24,966 nucleotides of DNA from Paramicrosporidium saccamoebae KSL3 (Eukaryota > Fungi > Cryptomycota), in the NCBI GenBank assembly GCA_002794465.1, contig MTSL01000054.1, positions 1 through 24,966 of the forward strand, written 5' to 3'. Numbering within the stretch: position 1 is the stretch's first letter; the number at the start of each line of letters is the position of its first letter. Positions 8,795-17,116 of this stretch are shown here, one piece after another. The notes under the pieces are model-generated. The model saw only the letters and a list, made by a program, of their open reading frames with translations, was not told where the DNA came from and did not search any database. The position numbers and the translations under genes are program-made.

Positions 8795-9286
8795 ATGAAC
8801 ACTTCCCGAAACAATCTCACCTTTGCCGCCATCGTCTTCATCATCACGGCACTGGTCGTTTTAGTGCACAGCAAACAGCACAAGCCCTCAGCGGGTGCTG
8901 CTAGTGCAAATGTCCTTGCTCCTAGTGCCTTGGTAAAGCAGACAATCAACTCGGCAAAGGTCGTCATATTCTCAAAGTCTTATTGCCCATATTGCATGGG
9001 GGTCAAGAAGATTTTCGAGCAGATGGGACAAACCTATCACGCCATTGAGTTGGACACACGTGGTATATGACTTTTAAGGCTAAGATTATAGATGATGGGA
9101 CGAAAATTCAGGATTACTTATTAGAGTTTACCAATCAACGGACAGTCCCCAATGTCTTTATTAACGGTACTGCAGTAGCACCATCTAATGTTAGGCGAAC
9201 ATGTGGGTGGACTGGACAAGACCAGGGATCTCCAACAGAAAAACGTTCTGGTGGGGATGTTGGGGAAGCAAGAGGACGAGCTGTGA
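8795..9286 (+). CDS. Secretory-pathway glutaredoxin (CPYC, N-terminal hydrophobic segment, C-terminal EDEL), 144 aa; join(8795..9062, 9092..9166, 9195..9286)
   Basis: VVIFSKSYCPYC, RTVPNVFING-EHVGG after removing 29-nt (9063-9091) and 28-nt (9167-9194) GTA...TAG introns. Spliced length 435 nt ends ...LGKQEDEL*. Confidence 0.9.
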
Positions 9287-9339
9287 CTGCCTGGCAGGCT
9301 CACTTTTTTCAGATCTTAAAAATAAATTAATTGTTTGTG

Positions 9340-9667
9340 ATGGCAATTAGCGAGATTGTTCAGAAGACCATTGCCTCGGGAAAGGTGGTGATATTTTCAA
9401 AGTCGACTTGTCTATACTGCGTCAAAGCAAAAAATCTATTTGATGACCTGGGACAGGCCTTTGTTGCTCTCGAGCTCGATGAGATACGTACCCTATGACA
9501 AACATTCTTTAACCGTAGCGGATGGGCCGGAAATCCAGGCATACTTGACGGAGACTACCCGCACGCGCACCGTGCCCAATATCTTTATCAATGGTCGTCA
9601 CATTGGTGGTCTGGACGACACCAAGGTGCTGTACCGCAGCGGAGAGCTTCAGAAGCTATTGGAGTGA
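9340..9667 (+). CDS. Glutaredoxin (CLYC), 98 aa; join(9340..9487, 9519..9667)
   Basis: MAISEIVQKTIASGKVVIFSKSTCLYC...ELDEI|PDG...RTVPNIFINGRHIGGLDD. 31-nt intron 9488-9518 is at the same phase-1 position as intron 1 of the upstream paralogue. Confidence 0.92.
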
Positions 9668-10053
9668 ATAAAGGTGTCTTGGTATCGCTAGATGCTTGCG
9701 TACTATCTGTGGTGAGCGCTATCGAGTATTTGAGTGGCTCTGTTTCATGATAGGGATGCCACCACATACTTTGTCAAGGCTAATTGTTCAGACAGGGAGA
9801 GAACTTTTCATCACCATTTCGTAAGCCCTAACCTCATTACAATGAGACTGATTGACTGAACAGAAAGGGCGATCCCATAATCCGGTATGCTGAGGGTGAA
9901 AACCTATAAAGGCACCATGTACTTTAATAAAACTAATTCGCTCATCAGCACACTACTTGACAGCCCTATCCAGCGTCCTTTGTAATGGCATGCACAAACT
10001 TTGGACCAATAACAATGTTCGCGCTTTCAATGCCACAAATAAAATATTCTTAA

Positions 10054-12586
10054 ATGTTGAATGCGGGAAATCCCACACCTGTATACATGTTGAATCACGA
10101 TTGTAGCTCCATGTTGTAGGGAAGCGACGCAAAAGTGCGGGAATTTATTGAACAAGTTGCTCAGACAGCCGAAAAGACTCAGGTAGTCAGTCTGGGCAAT
10201 GCAGAAACCCAGACATTGATTCCGTATATCAATGCATTTGAAGAGTCGCTCATTGAGAACCGCAGTCTTCAGGACACCCTTGAAACGCGCGTTGTGCGCC
10301 TCGATGACTCCATAGCGGACGAGACTGGAGAATTGCATGTCAAAGTGCAGGCCATGGGCGAGTCACTCGTCGGCTTGTTCTCTTCCTTCAAGCGATTGGA
10401 AGAGACGTTTGAACATAGCCAGAGCGTCGCCTCTCGGAGTGGAAAACTGATCGAGTCTTTGTACCGACTTAGGCGGAGGAGTATGGATGCAAAGGAGCTG
10501 TTCTTAATAGTCTCGGATATGGCGGCCGGGAAGGGAGCCAGTCGATTGAATGCGATCCTGGACTCGGCATCATCGGAAACCCGTTTACATGGCTCCAAAA
10601 TTATGCGACGTCTCAAGTACTTTTTGAAGCCCCCCTAACGATATAGGTCGATACAGGAGGCTAACATTGAGGGAGCTGAAGAGGCCACGAGACTTATTGG
10701 TGATCTGGTGGTAAAGTACGAAGAGAATTTACTAGAAGAGTTCCACAATGCGTTTGAAGAGAATGATATGGCGCAGATGCGTCTAGCAGCTTCTCTACTG
10801 ATGAAATACAACGGAGGACAATCCTGTGTCCAGTCTTTTGTTGCACAACATGCATTCTTTGTGGAGCCAGTCCAAACAGAGTCCATCCGCAGCCAATATC
10901 ACCCGTCCAGAATGGTCACTTTCCTTGATCTAGGCAAGCTGCCAGAGCCGGACGAAGCTCTCATGTCGCTGTTTGAGCAAATTGCGCAGACTGCAGAGGC
11001 AGACTGGCAATATCTGGAGGCCGTCTTTGAGGAGCCATTGGCAGTGATGAATTATCTAATGCAAAGAATTTTCAGAGAACCGGTGCAAGTCCACATTGAT
11101 GAAGTATTGAAGCAGGCCAAAAGTCACAGTGAACTAGCGTATCTGCGAACATTGTTTGCCAGTTACAAGGCAACCCTGACGCTAATCAAAAGACTGGGCG
11201 CAAGTTATGCGCGTCACATCAAAGAAACAGCTGCACATTCGAGCGAAATTGCAGAGGTTGGAGTGGAAGGAACCATTTCAATGGTAAATTCCCAGCTCTC
11301 AGGATTGATGGAAGACTTGTTCTCTTCCCATGTAAAGACTGGAGGCTATTTGGAATTGGAGCAGCGCGTCTCTCAAGAGCTATATTCGTTGGCTAACACT
11401 CCACTTTTGTCCTATCTGCAGCTCAGACGGAGTGCATCCAGGAATGTAATCTCGTCAGTGTTTTCGCGCGGCAAAGAGTCGGCTCCTGGATCGCCTCGTG
11501 CATCTACGACTACTGGAGAAGTGCTGATCCTCTTTTCAGACGGACAGCCGCTGATCAGGAAGGGAGAGGGAGAGAATGGAATCCCGAGCGAGGAGGTTGT
11601 CAACCACTGTTTGGCCATCCATGCCGAACTTGCAGCCCGTCTCTTTATTCTTCTTCCCACAGATCGCCGTGGCCCTGCCTTGGAACAGTCGATGAAAGTG
11701 TTGTTGACTAACCTACTGGAACGTTATATTGAGGCGAGTTTGGATTGTTCTCTGGAGAGTGTGGACGCTTCGCTGGGTCTTCATCCGCGCTCATTTGAGG
11801 TCATTCAAGCATCATGTCGCATTCTAAGCATCATTTTGCTATACTGTCACAAACACTTTTTGCCTTTAATTGTCACGGCGTCTTCCATCTCCTATCGAAA
11901 CATGGTCCAGAACAAGACTGATGCTGCTGGTCGGATCACGGAAAAGATTGATCGATTACTAAGGAAGGAATTGGAAAGTTCGTTGAAATGGATTGAGGAT
12001 CAGTTATTGGCCAAACAGCGCAAGAGTGATTTCAAGCCCCACCCAGACGATCTTGAGGCGCTGATGGGACCCAGCCAGGTAGGATTGGGCAAGGTGTCCT
12101 TGTAATTTTAGGCGTGCGACTTGACCTGCCAGTTTATCGCCCAGGTGGCAAAGACTGTCATTGAAAGGTTGGACCCTGCAAATGCCACTGCCTTTCTGGC
12201 TGAGCTTGGGGGCGGACTGCACCATTTGCTGCTGAACCACCTAAAAAATTATTCAATAAGCGACACTGGGGCCATGATTCTGCAAAAGTACATTTGCCAT
12301 CGTGCGACTATTGTGTAGTGATTTGAAGAAATATCGGGCGTTGGTGGATGAAATGGCGCCTGCTGCAAACATCCTCCGAGACCGTTTTGATATGCTATGG
12401 GAGCTTGGCCATCTGTTTGTGGTCCGGCCAGAGAATCTGCGATCAGTTATGCAGGAGGGCCATCTAGGCAGACTGGATGTCAAGCTTATCTACCCCTACA
12501 TTTCGCAGCGTGCCGACTATGCCCAAGCTAAAATTGACCTACTCTTCCCCGATATGGAAAAGTCGTTTTCTCGTCTCTTCCTCTAA
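10054..12586 (+). CDS. SEC10: Exocyst component Sec10/EXOC5, about 799 aa; join(10054..10080, 10120..10616, 10647..12078, 12112..12287, 12319..12586)
   Basis: Four track ORFs (10135, 10708, 12121, 12302) join through 30-, 33- and 31-nt introns (10617-10646, 12079-12111, 12288-12318) into one frame. Motifs: YEENLLEEF, CVQSFVAQH, QRKSDFKP, LLLNHLKNYSISDTGAMILQNDLKKY, LGHLFVVRPENL. First exon and the 39-nt intron 10081-10119 are less certain. Confidence 0.9.
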
Positions 12587-12683
12587 TCGCCATGTAATAA
12601 AACGAAGCAGGTTTGCCGAGAGGAACTGCAAAGACAAGAATCCATAACAATTGGAATCCATATTTAAGTAAAATTAAGTGTAA

Positions 12684-12979
12684 CTACCAGAAGAGCTGGG
12701 CACGGAACAGCTGGAAAATTGCTAACTTGTGAGCACCATAAAGCCATTTTACCTGAGCCGATAACCACAAAAATTAGGAATCCCAGCAGAATAGGGCCAG
12801 CCGGATAAGTCGACGATGCGTCCTTCTTCTACACCATAAACATTGCGTCGGTCCACAACATACCAGACTGCTCTTCACCTTGCCACGACGACTAATGTTG
12901 CTCATGTGCGTGTCGCTCTTTAGGCGCATCTCCGTAGACTTTGGCTAAGAGCATGAGAAAGACACCAAGCAGCTACCAT
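12684..12979 (-). CDS. SERP1: SERP1/RAMP4 (Ysy6-like) ER translocon-associated micro-protein, 65 aa; join(12977..12979, 12864..12944, 12753..12828, 12684..12721)
   Basis: Spliced product MPKSTEMRLKSDTHMSNISRRGKVKSSLKKDASSTYPAGPILLGFLIFVVIGSAIFQLFRAQLFW* has the RAMP4 pattern (NI..RG.V; P.GP.LL....FVV.GSAIFQ). Introns of 32, 35 and 31 nt, all GTA...TAG. Not in the ORF track. Confidence 0.9.
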
Positions 12980-12982
12980 TGT

Positions 12983-12995
12983 GGCTACAGGGGTA
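12983..12995 (-). promoter_or_regulatory. Candidate start-proximal motif TACCCCWGTAGCC (second copy at 14093-14105, + strand)
   Basis: TACCCCTGTAGCC lies 3 nt before the SERP1 ATG and TACCCCAGTAGCC 1 nt before the RRP45 ATG. Function inferred only. Confidence 0.4.
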
Positions 12996-12996
12996 G

Positions 12997-13860
12997 ATGC
13001 TTTTCCTGATTGGTCTTGGGTTGGGCGATGAGCGAGACATTACTGTCAAAGGCCTTGAGGCCATCAAATCGTGCAAACGTGTCTTCCTAGATGCCTACAC
13101 CAGCATCCTGGGAGTTGACAAAGGCAACTTGGAGGCTTACTACGGAGTCGCAGTGACGGTGGCGGACAGGGAAATGGTCGAGTCAGCTGCCGACCCTATC
13201 CTTCAGGATGCTGACACGGAGAATGTTGCGTTTCTGGTAGTTGGAGACCCCTTTGGAGCCACCACTCACACCGACCTGTACATGCGCGCCGTCCAGCGTT
13301 CAATCCCCGTGCGTGTCGTCCATAACGCATCCATCATCAATGCCGTGGGATCCTGTGGTCTGCAGCTCTACTCTTACGGCCCCATCATCACCGTCCCCTT
13401 TTTTACGGACAACTGGCGTCCCGACTCGCCCTACCACAAGATTGCTGCCAATTTCAAGGCCGGGATGCATACTCTGTGTCTGCTGGACATTAAGGTAAAG
13501 GAGCAGAGCGAAGAGAATCTTCTAAAGGGTCGTTTGATATACGAACCCCCGAGATTCATGACAGTGCGTCAGGCTGTGGCACAGCTGCTGGAGAGTGAGG
13601 AGCGTAATGGACTGAGTGTGTGTACACCCTCCACCTTGGGTGTTGGAATGATGCGCATTGGCAGCGAATCGCAAAAAATTATAGTGGGAACTATGAGCGA
13701 GTTGCTTGAAGTCTCTGAAGACATGTTTGGTGGGCCTTTGCACTCTTTCATTCTCCCCGCAAAAGATTTGCATGAGATTGAATTCCAAATGCTGCAGCTC
13801 TATGCTCTTCCCAATTCAGTCATTAAATCTGTCACCTTTGCCGATTACAATAAACACTAG
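12997..13860 (+). CDS. DPH5: Diphthine methyl ester synthase, 287 aa
   Basis: MLFLIGLGLGDERDITVKGLEAI...VGDPFGATTHTDL...HNASIINAVGSCGLQLY...HTLCLLDIKVKEQS...YEPPRFM...GGPLHS. Confidence 0.98.
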   Translation: MLFLIGLGLGDERDITVKGLEAIKSCKRVFLDAYTSILGVDKGNLEAYYGVAVTVADREMVESAADPILQDADTENVAFLVVGDPFGATTHTDLYMRAVQRSIPVRVVHNASIINAVGSCGLQLYSYGPIITVPFFTDNWRPDSPYHKIAANFKAGMHTLCLLDIKVKEQSEENLLKGRLIYEPPRFMTVRQAVAQLLESEERNGLSVCTPSTLGVGMMRIGSESQKIIVGTMSELLEVSEDMFGGPLHSFILPAKDLHEIEFQMLQLYALPNSVIKSVTFADYNKH

Positions 13861-13881
13861 AGTGAGTAACGTTACTATTAA

Positions 13882-13933
13882 TTGGTGGATATTGCACGTC
13901 TTTTCAGTTGGTAGATATTGCAAGTCTTATCAG
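13882..13933. repeat. 26-bp tandem duplication downstream of DPH5
   Basis: ttggtggatattgcacgtcttttcag / ttggtagatattgcaagtcttatcag (3 mismatches). Confidence 0.8.
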
Positions 13934-14106
13934 TCAGTGGATAAGCGCGTCAGAATTCTGATGTTTAGATCATTTTACACGGTGCGTATCACTAATTATT
14001 TGTCAAAGTCGCCTCATAACCTCACAGTCTCACACAGTCTTGACAAACCACATCAATCATTCCAGCTACTTTATAGGTATGCCAATTGTCTGTACCCCAG
14101 TAGCCG

Positions 14107-14955
14107 ATGATTTCCAACTTGGAACGCTCTTTCATCCTTAAGGCACTGTGTTCTGGGGTCCGGTTGGACGAACGCACTCTCAACTCTTTCCGCGATACAT
14201 CTTTTCTGTTCCATCCCACCCAACGTGGTCACGTCACAGTGCACCTTGGCCAGACCAAGGTCCTCGCCGTCACCACGGCCACCATCATTCGTCCCTATGT
14301 CGACCGTCCTGCCGAAGGGACCATCAACTATTTTGTCGACCTTACTGCACTAGCCCTGCTGGAGAGTGACGAGCAGGAGGAGGGTAGGCTGCAGAGGCTG
14401 CTGGAGAGGGTACTGAAAAACAGCAGGGTGGTGGATACGGAAAGTTTATGTGTGGTGCCTGGAGAGAGAGTTTGGTCGGTGCGAGTGGATATTCGTGTCA
14501 TTGACCATGACGGTGCATTGCTGGATGCATCTGTTGCAGCCGCTGTAGCTTCGCTTGTTGATTTCCGTCGTCCCGAAGTGACTGTCACTGAAGATGGTGT
14601 TACTGTTCATTCTGAATTTGAACGGAATCCAGTGCCGCTCGCCCTACACAATCCTGCCATTGCAGTGTCATTTGCAGTGCTAGATCCGGCTGAGGAGGAG
14701 ACTGACCATGCGACAAAGCAGCAAAGCAAAGTCGTCCCAGTGGTTGATCCCGTGTGGATGGAGGAACAGTGCGGGGGAGGACGGCTGAGTATGGCCATTA
14801 ATAGGAATGGTGAGGTTGTCATGTTGGTAAAGACGGGTGGGGAGGCGCTTGATATGGAAACGATACAGACCGACTGTTTATATGTTGCTCGTCAAAGAGC
14901 TGTTCATATCCTAGATGCTATTAACGCGGCCATTGTTAAGGCTCGCGGCAAATAA
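14107..14955 (+). CDS. RRP45: Exosome core subunit Rrp45/EXOSC9 (RNase PH fold), 282 aa
   Basis: ISNLERSFILKAL...RLD.R; RPYVDRPAEG; VDTESLCVVPGERVWSVRVDIRVIDHDG; LVDFRRPEVTV...ERNPVPLALH. Confidence 0.95.
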   Translation: MISNLERSFILKALCSGVRLDERTLNSFRDTSFLFHPTQRGHVTVHLGQTKVLAVTTATIIRPYVDRPAEGTINYFVDLTALALLESDEQEEGRLQRLLERVLKNSRVVDTESLCVVPGERVWSVRVDIRVIDHDGALLDASVAAAVASLVDFRRPEVTVTEDGVTVHSEFERNPVPLALHNPAIAVSFAVLDPAEEETDHATKQQSKVVPVVDPVWMEEQCGGGRLSMAINRNGEVVMLVKTGGEALDMETIQTDCLYVARQRAVHILDAINAAIVKARGK

Positions 14956-15067
14956 AACCGATTCAACCCCCTACTCTAGTGTTTAGTGTTCAGTGTTAGA
15001 TAATATCTTGGTGCTTTGCACATTTTTGGATTCTAATGCTTGGTATTCTATTATATTTAATTGTACA

Positions 15068-15229
15068 TTCCAAGAAATTATACACTCGGATAAACCCTTG
15101 TGTTCCAAAAACTATACATACACTCGAGCCACCTTGGCATTCCAAAGACTATACATACACTCGAGACACCTTTGCACTCCAAAGACTATGCATGCATACA
15201 CTCGATACACCTTTGGATTGCAAGAAATT
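15068..15229. repeat. About 37-bp minisatellite, 4 copies plus a partial, between converging RRP45 and PPIH 3' ends
   Basis: Units start at 15068 (35 nt), 15103 (37), 15140 (37), 15177 (41) and 15218 (partial). Consensus about TTCCAAAGACTATACATACACTCGAGACACCTTTGCA; no unique spacers. Confidence 0.92.
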
Positions 15230-15238
15230 TTGATCAGT

Positions 15239-15793
15239 TTACATTTCGCCGCATTCAGAAATAATGACGGGGAGCTTGGGTTTTGATGCCACAAGAGGAA
15301 CTTGCTCAATTAACCGGACCACATTCATGCCGTCTATTACTCGACCAAACACAACGTGCTTTCCATCAAGAAACTCGCATGGCGCACAGGTAATGTAAAA
15401 CTGACACCCGTTGGTATCTGGTCCCGAATTGGCCATTGCCACCATGCCAGCCTCTCCGTGTCTTTCCATAGTCTCATCGGCAAAGTGCTCCCCATATATG
15501 GACATGACACCAAGACCATCGCCGCGCACAAAATCTCCACCCTGCACCATAAACTGCGGCACGACCCGATGGAAAGGGGCACCTTTATAGCCCACCGGTA
15601 GTCCGTTACGTCGATGTTCGCCAGTACACAGCTGCCGGAAATTCTCGGCAGTACGCGGAGTCCTGTCCGCGAATAGTTCAATTTTAATGCGACCAACCGT
15701 CTTTCCGCCAATGGAAATATCCAGAAAAACTATTGGATTCACCACCGCATCGCTGGGCGCGTTTCTGGTGGGCACTGCACTGATACTAGCCAT
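15239..15793 (-). CDS. PPIH: Cyclophilin H (U4/U6 snRNP-associated PPIase), 184 aa
   Basis: [12 protein letters not shown]...[36 protein letters not shown]...[10 protein letters not shown]...[16 protein letters not shown]...[14 protein letters not shown] (PPIH-type loop and CGEM end). Start taken at ATG 15793; the track's extension overlaps the uS17 start. Confidence 0.92.
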   Translation of the reverse strand: MASISAVPTRNAPSDAVVNPIVFLDISIGGKTVGRIKIELFADRTPRTAENFRQLCTGEHRRNGLPVGYKGAPFHRVVPQFMVQGGDFVRGDGLGVMSIYGEHFADETMERHGEAGMVAMANSGPDTNGCQFYITCAPCEFLDGKHVVFGRVIDGMNVVRLIEQVPLVASKPKLPVIISECGEM

Positions 15794-15878
15794 CCCAGGA
15801 TAATTGATTGTGAGGTTGGGAAGCTCTTGTTTGGGACCCCTGGTCCTCAATACACTGATTAGTCGGTGAATTGTAGCC

Positions 15879-16205
15879 ATGCAGCGCTTTGTGGGGATGG
15901 TTGTCGGAACTTCAATGAAGAAAACAGCCAAAGTATGTGTCGAAAGACTTGTAAAGCACCAGCGCTATCTCAAAGTGATGCGATTAAAGAAGAACTATTT
16001 GGTGCATGACGAACACGAAATGGCCGTCATTGGAGACGTCGTGGCTATCGAATACAGCGGCAAGCGGAGCAGCAGGAAAGCATTTACCATGACAGAGATA
16101 CTGAAGGAGGCAAAGCGGTATCAGCATCCTGTCACAGGACAGGTCTACACTGCCCCCGCTGCCCAGGCGCCTGCAGAGGCATGGCGGCAATTGTTTCCAC
16201 AATAA
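15879..16205 (+). CDS. MRPS17: Mitochondrial ribosomal protein uS17m, 108 aa
   Basis: [18 protein letters not shown]...[22 protein letters not shown]...SSRKAF: bacterial-type S17 fold plus a C-terminal extension, in a nuclear eukaryotic context. Confidence 0.88.
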   Translation: MQRFVGMVVGTSMKKTAKVCVERLVKHQRYLKVMRLKKNYLVHDEHEMAVIGDVVAIEYSGKRSSRKAFTMTEILKEAKRYQHPVTGQVYTAPAAQAPAEAWRQLFPQ

Positions 16206-16304
16206 AGGCAATTTTATTGTCTCCAGTTGCCACAAAACTAAAGCATTGTGACTCTGATGCATTTTAGTGTCTTCATATCAGGTGCAATTTTTCGTTTATC
16301 GCAT

Positions 16305-16942
16305 TTACTCTCGCTTCTGCTTACCAGGCTCGATAAGGCAGTCAGTCTCGCCCTTAAAGCGGTCAGGGTCGTTCTTAAAGTGGCTGGATTCGTTGGCGAG
16401 GCGGTCGAGCTGTTCGCGGAGCTGTGGTACTTCGGAAATGAGACGTTCACGATCGCGCCGCAAATCTTCCACTTCGATTCGATTCATGACCACCTCGTCC
16501 TCTTCCAATTCGACAGTCGTTCCTTGTGCAGCATATAGCTTTGTGAACTGATAGATTACACTAAACATTATGCACGGTCGTGTCTTTTTACAACTCGAGA
16601 AAGAGCGTAAATGCAGTCAGATACATGTTGCGCTGCGCATAGAACATTTTCGAGTTGATCTGGTCATAAGTTTTGGAGCCAACAGCACCCTCTTTCTGAA
16701 TGCGCAACTGCAAGGAGCGTGTCATCGAGTCTAATAATTAGCAATAGCACCCTGAGGATACCCGCAAAAAGGACAAACACAAGGATGGACAGAATTCGGA
16801 GTACGTAGCGAAGTTGACGGTAGTTTTTGACAGTTTCAATGCATTTTATCTTCCATTTACGGGGTATTGGGACAATAAGAAACAGAAATACAGAAACTTC
16901 CAGCACTAGTACCACCCATACCATCTCATGTTGGAGTGACAT
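16305..16942 (-). CDS. BCAP31: BAP31/Yet-family ER membrane protein, 191 aa; join(16762..16942, 16592..16730, 16305..16560)
   Basis: Two 31-nt introns (16731-16761, 16561-16591) restore VLFADS, SKMFYAQRNMYLTAFTLFL, a coiled coil and a C-terminal KXKXX (KQKRE*). Confidence 0.92.
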
Positions 16943-17014
16943 GCAGAGTTTAACCTTGCCCCAACTAAACCCGTCTGCATAGTCTGAGAATTAACGTAAG
17001 GGCCATAACCCCAT

Positions 17015-17085
17015 GGTCTTATGGTGTAGCGGTAGCACCCAGGACTCTGAATCCTGTAACCCGAGTTCGATTCTCGGTAAGACCA
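17015..17085 (+). tRNA. tRNA-Gln (anticodon CTG), intronless
   Basis: Acceptor GGTCTTA/TAAGACC, D arm GTGT/GCAC, anticodon arm CAGGA-CTCTGAA-TCCTG, T arm CCGAG-TTCGATT-CTCGG; TTTTT at 17096-17100. Confidence 0.97.
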
Positions 17086-17116
17086 AAGTTCCTTCTTTTT
17101 ATTTTATCCCCATTTA

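Noticed and set aside
9067-9330. Separate 87-aa ORF, and a suspected frameshift in the first glutaredoxin
   Set aside because: Explained by the introns; the spliced frame ends cleanly in EDEL*.
9668-10053. Micro-gene or C/D snoRNA in the 386-bp gap before SEC10
   Set aside because: Intron-like segments mostly end CAG/AAG or are too short for the local rule, trial splicings gave no recognisable peptide, and the C-box match (ATGATAG) is poor. Unexplained, but not supportable.
12941-12950. U2 snRNA-like TTGGCTAAGA
   Set aside because: Only 10 nt; it is the SERP1 intron 1/exon 2 junction and lacks the GTAGTA branch-pairing region.
15068-15229. CRISPR array (37-bp period)
   Set aside because: Units are contiguous with no unique spacers, there are no cas genes and the context is eukaryotic; it is a minisatellite.
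15794-15931. N-terminal extension of cyclophilin H
   Set aside because: Overlaps the uS17m start; the PPIH-like sequence begins near ATG 15793.
15879-16205. Horizontally acquired bacterial rpsQ
   Set aside because: Bacterial-type S17 is expected for the nuclear-encoded mitochondrial protein; no operon neighbours.
16238-16450. Alternative BAP31 C-terminal frame (70-aa ORF)
   Set aside because: The spliced main frame already gives a coiled coil and a KXKXX end; no GTA...TAG intron links to this frame.
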